From contig CALFZX010000010.1 of the NCBI GenBank assembly GCA_937952315.1, forward strand, positions 5,047-69,046: a stretch of 64,000 bases of DNA. Direction: 5' to 3'. Positions 1-10,825 of the stretch are shown here, piece after piece (position 1 is the stretch's first letter; every line of letters starts with the position of its first letter). The translations under genes and the position numbers were made by a program. Under the pieces are notes generated by a model that was given only the letters and a program-made list of their open reading frames with translations, had not been told where the DNA came from and did not search any database. Source of the stretch: an uncultured bacterium. GTDB lineage: Bacteria > Patescibacteriota > Minisyncoccia > CAIUEV01.

Positions 1-2
1 AT

Positions 3-1388
<1,386 letters not shown>

Positions 1389-1393
1389 AAAAC

Positions 1394-1660
1394 ATGAAAT
1401 CATCCCTGAAAGTTATCGTTAGAAAAAAAGATAAATTACTTTTTTCCGATATTGCAGAAAGCGTCAGCTCAATCAACGATGTCGGTCCGTTTGATGTTTT
1501 ACCCTATCACAAAAATTTTGTTTGCATAATTAAAAGCAATGTCGAGATTAAACAATCTGGGGGAGGGATTTTTTCTATACCTGTCAACAGAGGAATTTTC
1601 CAAGCAAGAAATAATTGCGTTGAGATCTATTTATTTCAATCAGATAAAATTAGTGATTAA
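1394..1660 (+). CDS. atpC: ATP synthase epsilon subunit, short form (88 aa)
   Basis: It sits immediately after atpD, and its size and beta-sandwich-like N-terminal sequence fit epsilon. It lacks the C-terminal helical hairpin of ~135-aa epsilon subunits. Confidence 0.55.
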   Translation: MKSSLKVIVRKKDKLLFSDIAESVSSINDVGPFDVLPYHKNFVCIIKSNVEIKQSGGGIFSIPVNRGIFQARNNCVEIYLFQSDKISD

Positions 1661-1666
1661 GCCCTC

Positions 1667-3850
1667 TTATGCCCCGATCTGAAATTGACTGAACTTAACT
1701 CCTCGGAATAACTCATAATTATCGACCGGGTTGCCTTTTTCGTCTCTTATTTTTATTTCCAAACGATGTTCTCCCGGCGTCAACATATTCAGAACCAGAT
1801 TGTAATCTCCCTTGAAATCTTCTAGCTTAATTTTTTTCACAGAGACACCGTCCAACAAAAATTCGATTTCCCTCAGATATTTAATGCCCGCCTTGAAATC
1901 TATTTTTACATTAGTCGGAGAAATCCCCAAATTAACAACTTTCATTACGGCTCCATCTTTGGCAAAACGCGCCCGGCTCTTTCCCGTTCCCTCCTTTTCT
2001 CCCCAGGCATCGGAAGTGCCAGTTTCTAAAGCCAAGAGAACCCCCGAACGATTATTCTTTTCCACTTCGAAAACTGTTAATAAATCATCTTCGTAGGTTT
2101 TTTTTAAGCCCAGACTATTTTCCAGATAATCAATTGTATTTTGCCTTGCTTTATCGGTAAATTTTGCTCCGCCCTCTCGCTTACTCACCGTCACAAAACG
2201 AATATTATAAAAACTCAAGATGGACTGCCCGATCGAATCAAAATCGGTGATAATAATGTCACCATTAGGATTTTCCGGATTTTTTTCACCGCCGTCAGGG
2301 AAACTGTAAAGGATTTTTGAAATCACCGGCGTATTTTTTTGAAAAGTCCAACGGTCTTTTTCAGCCCGCGCAAAATCGATACCGTCAATCTTGTCTTTTA
2401 AATGTTTCTGAGCGGTATACATAGTGTAAGAACCGAAACTGTAGCTGGTCGAACCGGGCACTTCCAGCAAAAAGTAGTGCTCCTTATCTTGCCTTAGTTT
2501 GTCGTAGAATGAAGAATATTGCAAGTTCATTCGCGAAATCGGAAAAGAAAGATACTCCAAAAACAACGCCCCAAAGAAAATTCCAAAAACAATCAATTTA
2601 ATTTTTCTTTTTGGCTCAAAGTCAATTTTATTCAGTTTAATCGCTAAATATTTAGCGGAAAGCCCGACCAAAATCGACCAGGCAAAAAGAGCTATCATAA
2701 AAATTCGGCTGGTGGTACGAATATAATTCCAAAAAGGCAAATAATTATAAAGCCAAATATGAGGCATCCGCTCTTTGAAAAATTCCTGCCCGGCAACATG
2801 CAAGGTTGGTCCAAGGCTCAAAACAGTGAAAAGAATAAAAATTCCACCCCAAAAAATCAACCATTTTTTATCTACCGGCAACCGATTTTTTCTTTTTATT
2901 AGCGCCAGGGACAGCAAGCCCGCAAAAAGGAGAATGATAGCGGAAAAGCCCAAATAGAATGTTTGCCGACCCTCTTCGTTGGAAGCGGTATTCTCCCGAA
3001 AAACATTGAAATATTCACCCCAAAAAGGGTGAAATTCCGCCGGTAAAATAAAGTCGATTAAGTCAGCCGAGTAATTTTCCACTTGGCTAAAAGGAGGAAT
3101 CAAAAAATTATTTTCCGAATGAGCAATCTCCCAAATTTTATTGAATTGAATGGCACCAACCAAAAAAAGCAGTGCTAGACCGGTTAAAAGGATGGACCAG
3201 AAGCGCCAACTTTTTAGACAATCAGATCGCAGATAGACTACAAATGGGAAGTAAAAAACCAGAAAAAGCATAGAAAAAGCCAACAGCTGATGTTCCGTAG
3301 CAATGATTAAAATAGCAAAAACTGCCGTCCCCAAAGCCGATAACCAAGATTTTTCCTTAACAAATTTATAAAGAAACCAAGCTAGCCAAGGCAACCATTG
3401 ATAGTTCATAGCCCCAATATTAGTCGCCACTCCGTGAGCAAAATGGAAGGGAGCAAAAGCAAAGATCACCCCGGCCGTGTAAGCCGACAGCTTGGAGCGA
3501 GTAATTTCTCTTGTAAAAAGCCAGGTACCTAAAAAAGTTAAGAAAAATGAAGCCAACCAACAAAAATTATAGCCCCCCTTTTCTCCGAGAAAATATTGAA
3601 AATAACCGATAAAAGGAAGAATCCCCCAAAAATCACTGTTTCTCTGCCATTTCAAAGTAGCCAGCCAACCTTCAGTTTCTATTTTTTGAGCCGTCATCAG
3701 GGTTCGAGCCAACACTTGATAAGTATCCGGGCCCCGACCGGGCACCTCGGAAAAAAAATACGGAAAAACCGGCCATGTCAAAATAATAGTTAAAAACAGA
3801 CCCCAAAGAATCGCTTTTTTCAGTTCCCGTTTTTTTTCTTGTTTCTTCAT
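1667..3850 (-). CDS. Large polytopic membrane protein, GT-C/YfhO-like putative glycosyltransferase
   Basis: About 12 hydrophobic segments in the N-terminal ~420 aa, followed by a ~300-aa soluble C-terminal domain. The architecture matches YfhO/PMT-like membrane glycosyltransferases. The specific family is not resolved. Confidence 0.4.
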   Translation of the reverse strand: MKKQEKKRELKKAILWGLFLTIILTWPVFPYFFSEVPGRGPDTYQVLARTLMTAQKIETEGWLATLKWQRNSDFWGILPFIGYFQYFLGEKGGYNFCWLASFFLTFLGTWLFTREITRSKLSAYTAGVIFAFAPFHFAHGVATNIGAMNYQWLPWLAWFLYKFVKEKSWLSALGTAVFAILIIATEHQLLAFSMLFLVFYFPFVVYLRSDCLKSWRFWSILLTGLALLFLVGAIQFNKIWEIAHSENNFLIPPFSQVENYSADLIDFILPAEFHPFWGEYFNVFRENTASNEEGRQTFYLGFSAIILLFAGLLSLALIKRKNRLPVDKKWLIFWGGIFILFTVLSLGPTLHVAGQEFFKERMPHIWLYNYLPFWNYIRTTSRIFMIALFAWSILVGLSAKYLAIKLNKIDFEPKRKIKLIVFGIFFGALFLEYLSFPISRMNLQYSSFYDKLRQDKEHYFLLEVPGSTSYSFGSYTMYTAQKHLKDKIDGIDFARAEKDRWTFQKNTPVISKILYSFPDGGEKNPENPNGDIIITDFDSIGQSILSFYNIRFVTVSKREGGAKFTDKARQNTIDYLENSLGLKKTYEDDLLTVFEVEKNNRSGVLLALETGTSDAWGEKEGTGKSRARFAKDGAVMKVVNLGISPTNVKIDFKAGIKYLREIEFLLDGVSVKKIKLEDFKGDYNLVLNMLTPGEHRLEIKIRDEKGNPVDNYELFRGVKFSQFQIGA

Positions 3851-3859
3851 TTTTTGAGC

Positions 3860-4798
3860 TTATTCTAGGCCCTTCTCAATCATGGGCGCAATCTGTTTTT
3901 TACGAGAAACTACTCCTCGTAAAATTAAATTATTCTCCGAGATCACAATGTCGGAAAAAACTTTCATTATCAAGGCTTTCTCCCTTTCTCCAATCAGAAG
4001 CATTTCCGTTCGATTTTTTAAAATATCCACAATTCCCAGATAGATCAAATCTAAATTTTCTTCTTTCTTGATTTCCGCCAGCGCTTTTTTCAATTCCGGT
4101 TCCAAAAATTTAATTTTTTCCGGTTTAACCGTCTCCACCACCCCGATTCCCACTTTAGTTCCTCCAAAATCAAAATTTTTATAATCCAGTTTAACAATTT
4201 CTCGGGGAGAAAAATCGCTTAAATCAGATTTGGCCTCAAAAAGATTATCGGCTAACTTTGTCGTGTCAACTCCTGTCACTGCGGAGAGTCTCCTCAACCA
4301 AAGACTGTCTTCCTCTGTGGCGGTCGGAGAAGTTAAGTTAAGCGTGTCGGAAATAATCCCCGCCAGCATTAATTTAGCCACCCATTTTTCAATCTCGATT
4401 TCTTTTTCAAAATAAAGCTTAGCCACCAAAGTGGATGTCGATCCGATTGGCTCAATCCGAAAGAGGATCGGCTCTTCTGTTTTAAAATCTCCGCTTAGTT
4501 TATGGTGATCGATAAGCCCGATTAGCTTGTAATTTTCTCCTTTTATGGGGCTTTGAGCCTTTTCGTTAAAATCAACAAAAAAGACTTCTTCGCCTTTTAT
4601 CTCATCGTTTTTGATTGACTTTACTTTTTTAGTGGCTCCGGCGAACTCAAGCGCAAAGGCGGTTTCTTTATTGAGACTGCCTTTTCTCATCGCCACAGCT
4701 TTTTTGCCCTTCGCTTTTAGCAACTCCGCCATAGCAACTGCGGCACAAACGCTGTCTGTGTCGGAATTGTCATGACCGATTACGATAGTTTTCTTCAT
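3860..4798 (-). CDS. ppaC: Manganese-dependent inorganic pyrophosphatase (family II, DHH/DHHA2)
   Basis: N-terminal 'IGHDNSDTDSVCAAVAMA' and 'DHHK' motifs of DHH phosphoesterases. The 312-aa length is typical of PpaC. Confidence 0.75.
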   Translation of the reverse strand: MKKTIVIGHDNSDTDSVCAAVAMAELLKAKGKKAVAMRKGSLNKETAFALEFAGATKKVKSIKNDEIKGEEVFFVDFNEKAQSPIKGENYKLIGLIDHHKLSGDFKTEEPILFRIEPIGSTSTLVAKLYFEKEIEIEKWVAKLMLAGIISDTLNLTSPTATEEDSLWLRRLSAVTGVDTTKLADNLFEAKSDLSDFSPREIVKLDYKNFDFGGTKVGIGVVETVKPEKIKFLEPELKKALAEIKKEENLDLIYLGIVDILKNRTEMLLIGEREKALIMKVFSDIVISENNLILRGVVSRKKQIAPMIEKGLE

Positions 4799-4830
4799 GG
4801 CAAAAATTTTAAAAATTAGAAGTTTTAGAA

Positions 4831-5451
4831 TTATTTTTCCTCCTCGCCCGAAAGCACTAAAATTACATCTTTAATCCTTTCCGGGTGGGGGATACTTTTA
4901 AAAAGAAATCTCTCTCTTTTGCCGGCCGTCTGGACATAAAGATCTCCGAAATCAAACAAAGTCGAAATTATCCCACCTATCTCCGTGGTTAGGTCCTGGA
5001 CTTTCTCTAATCTTAGCTCGGAAATTTCTCTCTTGAAAAGTCCTTTTTGCTCAATATTGATTATCCTTTCGTTCGTTATCACCCAAACATCCAGATAGTA
5101 ATCGATAAAAATAAAAAATAAAAATGCCCAAAGAAAAAGACTGATAATTGAGGCTCCGAAACTCAACATAATTTCTCCACCGCCCAACGAACCAAAGTTG
5201 ATCAGTGAAAGATAGACTATTGTCACTAAAATCAAAAATATTGCCAACGGCCAAATTTGAAGAAACAAGTTTATCCAATGTCTTCTGAGAAAAATTACCA
5301 ATTTTTCTTCGCCCGCTCCTTCCGTCAAAAGTTTTGCCACAAAAACTCGAATCTCCGAAATTTTTCTCTTTCGACTAAGCAAAATTTTGCTTTTTGCAAT
5401 TTCTTTTTCCGTAATAATTTTTTCCAGATCTCTCAGCTTTTCTTGGCTCAT
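4831..5451 (-). CDS. Membrane protein with bacterial PH (YdbS/YdbT-like) domain
   Basis: Two transmembrane helices followed by a 'WVITNERII...' PH-like fold signature. Classified by architecture. Confidence 0.5.
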   Translation of the reverse strand: MSQEKLRDLEKIITEKEIAKSKILLSRKRKISEIRVFVAKLLTEGAGEEKLVIFLRRHWINLFLQIWPLAIFLILVTIVYLSLINFGSLGGGEIMLSFGASIISLFLWAFLFFIFIDYYLDVWVITNERIINIEQKGLFKREISELRLEKVQDLTTEIGGIISTLFDFGDLYVQTAGKRERFLFKSIPHPERIKDVILVLSGEEEK

Positions 5452-5459
5452 CGATTTTA

Positions 5460-6923
5460 CTAATTAAGTTCCTTAATTTTGACTTCAAATTGGTCGGCGT
5501 ATTTCAAAACTCGATCACCATACCAGCCAAATCGTTCCCAGTTTCCTCCGGCCAAATAGATAGAAGCGGCTTTATGCTCAGCCTTTTTTTCGTGATTGGT
5601 TACACCCGGCACCTTAGCTAACTTCAAGCCCATCGCCGTCAAAGCGTCTCTCAAATTCCAGGGGTCTGCCGGATTATGCCCATTGATTCTGGCAATTTCG
5701 TCTTTATATCCCATCCAGGTGCTTGGCATAAATTGAGCCGGCCCCATCGCCCCGCCCCAACCGCTACAATTTCCGGAAGAGTCACGATAACAAGGCTTGC
5801 GCGAGACCGGTCGATCGTCGGGATCATAGCCAAGCGATGCGCAAATTGACTTAAAACGGTCCCACTGAGCCGGATTCATATCCGTTTTGTAACGACCGCC
5901 ACCTACATTATTTCCCATATTTGATTCCACTCTTAGCACCCCAAGCAAAAAGGCCGTTCTCACTCCGGTTAAACGAGCCACATCTTGTGCATCACTTAAG
6001 GCTTGGCCGAAATCTATTTTTTCACCCAAGCTTTGCATCGAGGTCAACTCTGCCGAAAGGCGATTAGCCACTTCTTGTTGTTTATTGATAGCGTTATCCA
6101 GCTTGTACTGCTCAGTTTGGGTTTCCGCCAAAAGGCTTCCTCGATCTCTCCGATTTTTTTCCAGAGTTATTCGTTGATCTTCCTGCATCGCATAGAGCGA
6201 AGCCTGTTCATTTTGCTGATCTTCAAGATTTTCTTTTTCTTTAATTAACTCGGTTTTTTTATCTTTTAAACCGTCCAGCATCTCTTTAATCCGACTTTCA
6301 AAGGCAACGATGCTTTCGATTTCTCTAAAATATTCCGACAATTGCGGTTTTTCCAAAATAACTTCCAAAAACGACTTTTTATCCATCAAATTAAGCTTTC
6401 TGACATATTCCATTAAGATTTTTTTTCGCTCCACGATCTCAAACTCCTTAATGGAAACTTCCTGTTTTTTCTGATTGACCGAAGCGGTAATTTCGTTCAA
6501 CAAAATACTGGTTTTTTCCAGTGAGGCTTCCGCTTCCGATATTTCATCGTCTAAAGCTTTGAGAATTTGCTCAATTGTATCCGTTTTTTTCTCCAGCAAA
6601 TCAGATTTTTCTTCAAAACGATCGATTTGCCTTCGAACCGAATTTAGCTGTTCCTTTTTTTTGGCAATTTCTTCCTGTTTTTTAGCCAAATCGGCCGGTG
6701 GCGGAGCCGCCGGAGCGCTCGGACCGGCGTTTGAATTTGGAGAAGCTGTGTTTGTGTTGTTGTTATTATTATCGTCAGCTGGGGTTGTGCCAATATTATT
6801 ATTTTGATTGGCGCTAAAAACGAAATTGAAAGAAACAAAAAAACCGAGCAAAACCGCTCCGGTTAGCCAATTTAAGCCTTTTAGGCTGTCTTGGTTTTTA
6901 AAAATTTTCGGCAGATGATTCAT
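5460..6923 (-). CDS. Membrane-anchored coiled-coil protein with C-terminal lytic murein transglycosylase (SLT_2/MltB-like) domain
   Basis: N-terminal transmembrane segment, then an Asn/Thr/Pro-rich low-complexity tract, then ~250 aa of heptad-like coiled coil. The C-terminus carries 'RVESNMG...GAMGPAQFMPSTW', which matches the MltB-family catalytic region. Confidence 0.6.
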   Translation of the reverse strand: MNHLPKIFKNQDSLKGLNWLTGAVLLGFFVSFNFVFSANQNNNIGTTPADDNNNNNTNTASPNSNAGPSAPAAPPPADLAKKQEEIAKKKEQLNSVRRQIDRFEEKSDLLEKKTDTIEQILKALDDEISEAEASLEKTSILLNEITASVNQKKQEVSIKEFEIVERKKILMEYVRKLNLMDKKSFLEVILEKPQLSEYFREIESIVAFESRIKEMLDGLKDKKTELIKEKENLEDQQNEQASLYAMQEDQRITLEKNRRDRGSLLAETQTEQYKLDNAINKQQEVANRLSAELTSMQSLGEKIDFGQALSDAQDVARLTGVRTAFLLGVLRVESNMGNNVGGGRYKTDMNPAQWDRFKSICASLGYDPDDRPVSRKPCYRDSSGNCSGWGGAMGPAQFMPSTWMGYKDEIARINGHNPADPWNLRDALTAMGLKLAKVPGVTNHEKKAEHKAASIYLAGGNWERFGWYGDRVLKYADQFEVKIKELN

Positions 6924-6933
6924 CTTCGATTTT

Positions 6934-8769
6934 TTATTTTTCCTTCTTTTTAAGATCTTCGAGAATTTTTCTTAAGTCATTTTTCAATTTCTCTCTTGCT
7001 TCATTCGAAACCGCCCCTTTCGGATGGTTATTTTTTTGAACGGAGTTCGTCGATCCATGGATAATAGCCGCTTTGTGACTACGAATTTCTCTTAGACATT
7101 CTTTGCAAAAAACATCTCTGCCCTCTTGAGGAACAAAGGGCACTTTAGTTTTTTGACCGCAACGATCGCAAACCGCTTCATTCCAAACCGCTTTTTTTTC
7201 AACTTCTTGAGCTGACTCCGATGATATTTTCTCTTTTTTCATTTCAACCGTGCTAATATTCTTTTCTTCTTGAGTCGGTATGAATTCGCTTATTTTTTCC
7301 TGCATTTTTTTCTCCACTTCAACTGTTCTCAAATCCGGCCCCCCGATAATTTGAGAAGGCGACATAAATTTTTCCCGATCTGAATTTTCTTTTTTCACTT
7401 CTAACGATTTTTTAGCTAAAGGCTTGGAAACGTTCTCTTTTTTTCTGTCTTCCTTTTTTCTATTCTCCCGATCAGCTACAAATCTTTTTTGAAGCCATTT
7501 TAAAATCTTGGCCTCCACCTCCTCACGCGGTCGTCCATATCTTTCTCGTGAATGTTGAATCGCTTTATCCATGCAAGAAACAGCCGGTAACGGGAAGGGC
7601 GGAAGACCTTTGGCACTGAAAGCGTCACCGGAGACTCCGTCGATCATTAACTTTAAATAAATATTGTATTTCGGTAAGTTAATTATGTCGTTCATTTTAA
7701 CTGTCGGTTCAAATTCTTTTTCTAAAAATTCCGCGTCGGAAGCCCCGACTCGAAAAGATACCAAGGTGCCGACATTCCCAAAAACAGAGTCTCTTACCGG
7801 TTCAGTCAACTGCGCTACATACTGGTGAGCCACAATTAAGCTCAAGCGGTATTTTCTGGCTTCTGACAAAATACTGGCAAAAGATTCGGTGGCGAAATTT
7901 TGAAACTCGTCCACAAAAAGAAAAAAATCTTTTCTTTCTTTTTCCGCCTGATCAACCCTTTCCATCGCGGCTAAATAGAGTCGAGTGACCACCATTCCAC
8001 CGAGCAAAGCCATTGCCTCTTCGCCGATTCGTCCCTTTGAGAGATTCACAATCAAAATCTTTTGCTGATCCATAATTTCTCGCATATTGATTGTTGATTT
8101 TGTTTGACCGACAATGTGTCGAACGATCGGCGTTGACACGAATTGTCCCACCTTATTTTGGATGGCGGCCGTTGCCTCTCGCGCAAACCGTTGATCCCAC
8201 TTGCCAAATTCCTCCAGCCAAAAAGATCGGACGATTGGATCTTTGACTCTCTCTATCACCTGATCTCTAAATTCCTTTTCGGCCATCATTCGGTTAATCC
8301 CAAGCATCGTGCTTCCCGGATAGTCCAGAAGGGCTAAAATTGTATTGTTGAGGATATATTCCATTCGCGGGGACCAGACATCCGGCCAGATTTTCTTAAA
8401 GACTCCCATCATTCCCGAGGCGATCAGGTGCTTATGATCTTCATCGACTGCTTCAAGAATATTAAAGGCTACCGGATTTTCCAAATCGGAAGGATTGAAA
8501 TAGACCAAATCGTTCACTCGACTCTTGGGAATAAATCTCAACACTTCCTCAGCGCTGTCTCCGTGAGGATCGACAAAGGCCACACCGTTCCCCTTAAGAA
8601 TATCCTGAATCACTAGATTTTTGAGCAACACAGACTTTCCCATTCCCGTTTTTCCGATAATATACATATGCCTTCTCCGATCATCCAATTTGATGCCGAA
8701 GGTTTTCTCCTCACCTCTAAAATTAGTCTTTCCAAAAACGGTAATATCTTCCTCCTTAAGAAAAGCCAT
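6934..8769 (-). CDS. TraD/TraG/VirD4-like P-loop ATPase (type IV coupling-protein-like) with C-terminal zinc ribbon
   Basis: Walker A 'IIGKTGMGKS' and Walker B 'FFLFVDEFQNF', as in T4SS coupling proteins and HerA-like ATPases. The C-terminus contains 'CDRCGQ...CKEC', a CxxC-x17-CxxC ribbon. Confidence 0.55.
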   Translation of the reverse strand: MAFLKEEDITVFGKTNFRGEEKTFGIKLDDRRRHMYIIGKTGMGKSVLLKNLVIQDILKGNGVAFVDPHGDSAEEVLRFIPKSRVNDLVYFNPSDLENPVAFNILEAVDEDHKHLIASGMMGVFKKIWPDVWSPRMEYILNNTILALLDYPGSTMLGINRMMAEKEFRDQVIERVKDPIVRSFWLEEFGKWDQRFAREATAAIQNKVGQFVSTPIVRHIVGQTKSTINMREIMDQQKILIVNLSKGRIGEEAMALLGGMVVTRLYLAAMERVDQAEKERKDFFLFVDEFQNFATESFASILSEARKYRLSLIVAHQYVAQLTEPVRDSVFGNVGTLVSFRVGASDAEFLEKEFEPTVKMNDIINLPKYNIYLKLMIDGVSGDAFSAKGLPPFPLPAVSCMDKAIQHSRERYGRPREEVEAKILKWLQKRFVADRENRKKEDRKKENVSKPLAKKSLEVKKENSDREKFMSPSQIIGGPDLRTVEVEKKMQEKISEFIPTQEEKNISTVEMKKEKISSESAQEVEKKAVWNEAVCDRCGQKTKVPFVPQEGRDVFCKECLREIRSHKAAIIHGSTNSVQKNNHPKGAVSNEAREKLKNDLRKILEDLKKKEK

Positions 8770-8812
8770 TTTTTTATTTTAAAAATCTCGACTGAATTCC
8801 TCAGTCAACTTG

Positions 8813-8897
8813 TACCGAAGGTGGGACTCGAACCCACACAAGGGGATACCTTAAGGGATTTTAAGTCCCTCGCGTCTACCAATTCCGCCACTCCGGC
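8813..8897 (-). tRNA. tRNA-Leu (anticodon TAA), type II with long variable arm
   Basis: Reverse complement folds as a cloverleaf: acceptor GCCGGAG/CTTCGGT, D-arm GCGG..CGC, anticodon loop CTTAAAA, long variable arm, T-arm GTGGGTTCGAGTCCCAC, discriminator A. Confidence 0.8.
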
Positions 8898-9096
8898 CTG
8901 TTTTGTTAAACCCAACTTAGCGTAAAAATAAAGTTTAGTCCAAAAATCCGAGTTTCGAAAAAAATTTATTAATCGGACCCAAGACTGATTTTGCTTTTGA
9001 CTAAACACTAAATCTGCTCAATATTATTAACAGTTATTGACTTTTTATAAAATCTCTGCGATAAAAAAGTAATTCAAAATCTAATTTCAAATCACC

Positions 9097-10419
9097 ATGG
9101 CTGAAATAAAAGCGCCCAATGTTGAAACTTTCGCCAGAATAAAAGTCGTAGGAGTCGGAGGGAGCGGTGGCAATGTCATTGCTCGAATGAAAGAAGTCGG
9201 TTTACGAGGTGTTGAATTGGTAGCAATAAACACCGATGCTCAAGCCTTGCATCAAAGCGGTGCGGAGGAAAAGATCCACATTGGCAAAAATTTAACCAAA
9301 GGTCTCGGAGCCGGTATGAACCCCGAAGTTGGCCGACAAGCGGCCGAAGAAAATCGAGACGAAATTCAAGATGTTCTCAAGGATGCGGATATGATTTTTA
9401 TTGCCTGCGGGATGGGTGGAGGAACCGGAACGGGCGCCTCACCGGTTGTTGCTGAAGTGGCAAAAGAATCCGGCGCTTTAACTGTAGCTGTTGTCACCAA
9501 ACCTTTCAGCTTTGAAGGAATGCAAAGATCTATGATCGCAGAGGAAGGCTTGGAGCAACTGAAAGATCGTGTTGACGCTCTGGTTGTCATTCCCAACGAT
9601 CGACTACTACAAATAATTGACAAAAAAATCAGCCTGATAAACGCTTTTAAAATCGTTGACGATGTTTTGAGACAGGGCGTGCAAGGTATTTCCGATTTAA
9701 TTACTATTCCGGGAGTCGTCAATGTTGACTTTGCCGATGTTAAAGCTATTATGCAAGATACCGGCCCCGCCTTGATGGGTATCGGTCGCGCTTCCGGCGA
9801 GAATAGGGCAAGCGAAGCGGCCAGACAAGCTATCAATTCGCCGTTGCTTGAAATGTCTATCGAGGGAGCCAAAGGAGTTCTTTTCAATGTCACCGGCGGA
9901 GATGATTTGAGTATGCTGGAAATAAACGAAGCGGCTAACACCATTACCGAGACAATTGATCCGAACGCAAAAGTTATTTTCGGTGCCGTCAGTTCCATCG
10001 CCGACAATGACTTAAAGAAGGGAGAAATTAAAATAACCGTCATCGCCACCGGCTTTGAAGACGCCGAACTTGGCAATCAGAATTTTAATCAAAGAGAATC
10101 GATCGCGGTGCCTCAAGAAGGCCAAAAAGAGGCAGACGAACCGAAGAGAAGTTTTCAAAAAGCCGAGCCGATTGTCGATGAAGGTGTTTCTGACAGTTAC
10201 TACTCAGACAACGCTCTTTTTAGACGAGAGGAAAAGCCTCTAATTAAGTCTGAGAGAAGAGACTATGATTCTTACGATTATGGATATGATGGGCTAGACA
10301 ATCCCAATATTTCTCCCGCTTCCCCCGTTGAGACCAAAGAAGAGGAAAGCGAGCCGGAGGAAGATTTGGATATCCCCGCCTTTATTCGTAGAAAAATGCA
10401 GGATCGGGAGCGAGAATAA
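9097..10419 (+). CDS. ftsZ: Cell division protein FtsZ
   Basis: Tubulin signature 'GGGTGTG', plus '[11 protein letters not shown]' and 'VVIPNDRLL' blocks. The C-terminal linker is long and acidic. Confidence 0.95.
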   Translation: MAEIKAPNVETFARIKVVGVGGSGGNVIARMKEVGLRGVELVAINTDAQALHQSGAEEKIHIGKNLTKGLGAGMNPEVGRQAAEENRDEIQDVLKDADMIFIACGMGGGTGTGASPVVAEVAKESGALTVAVVTKPFSFEGMQRSMIAEEGLEQLKDRVDALVVIPNDRLLQIIDKKISLINAFKIVDDVLRQGVQGISDLITIPGVVNVDFADVKAIMQDTGPALMGIGRASGENRASEAARQAINSPLLEMSIEGAKGVLFNVTGGDDLSMLEINEAANTITETIDPNAKVIFGAVSSIADNDLKKGEIKITVIATGFEDAELGNQNFNQRESIAVPQEGQKEADEPKRSFQKAEPIVDEGVSDSYYSDNALFRREEKPLIKSERRDYDSYDYGYDGLDNPNISPASPVETKEEESEPEEDLDIPAFIRRKMQDRERE

Positions 10420-10464
10420 TTATCTTGTCTCTTGAGTTTTAATTTTATTTATTTATTAAAAATT

Positions 10465-10785
10465 ATGTGGGCAATTATTGAGACCGGAGGCAAACAGTAT
10501 CGTGTCGAACCGGAGGAAAAAATAGAAGTAGAAAAAATCAAAGCGGAAAAAGATTCAGTCATTAAACTGGATAAAGTTCTTTTTATTAGCAAAGATGACG
10601 AAGGCAAAGACATTATAATCGGCCAACCTTATATCGAGAAGGCGGAAGTTGAGGCTTTGGTCTTGGACGAAATCAAAGGCGACAAAGTCACTATTTTCAA
10701 ATACAAACCAAAAAAACGCTATCGAGTAAAAAAAGGCCACCGACAAACTTACACTCGACTGCAAATCAAAAAAATTATTGGCTAG
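10465..10785 (+). CDS. rplU: 50S ribosomal protein L21
   Basis: 'MWAIIETGGKQYRV' N-terminus and 'KKGHRQTYTRLQI' C-terminus are typical of L21. The ORF-track start at 10432 is probably an upstream alternative. Confidence 0.85.
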   Translation: MWAIIETGGKQYRVEPEEKIEVEKIKAEKDSVIKLDKVLFISKDDEGKDIIIGQPYIEKAEVEALVLDEIKGDKVTIFKYKPKKRYRVKKGHRQTYTRLQIKKIIG

Positions 10786-10825
10786 TTTTACTGTTCTTTT
10801 TAAATAAATTTAAAATAAAAATACA

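Noticed and set aside
8668-9008. ORFs of 85 aa (+) and 67 aa (-) overlapping tRNA-Leu
   Set aside because: The region folds as a canonical type II tRNA. The ORFs are translation artefacts across the tRNA.
9366-10076. 236-aa Ser/Thr/Ala-rich ORF antisense to ftsZ
   Set aside because: It is the typical shadow ORF of a Gly/Ala-rich gene. ftsZ identity is unambiguous.
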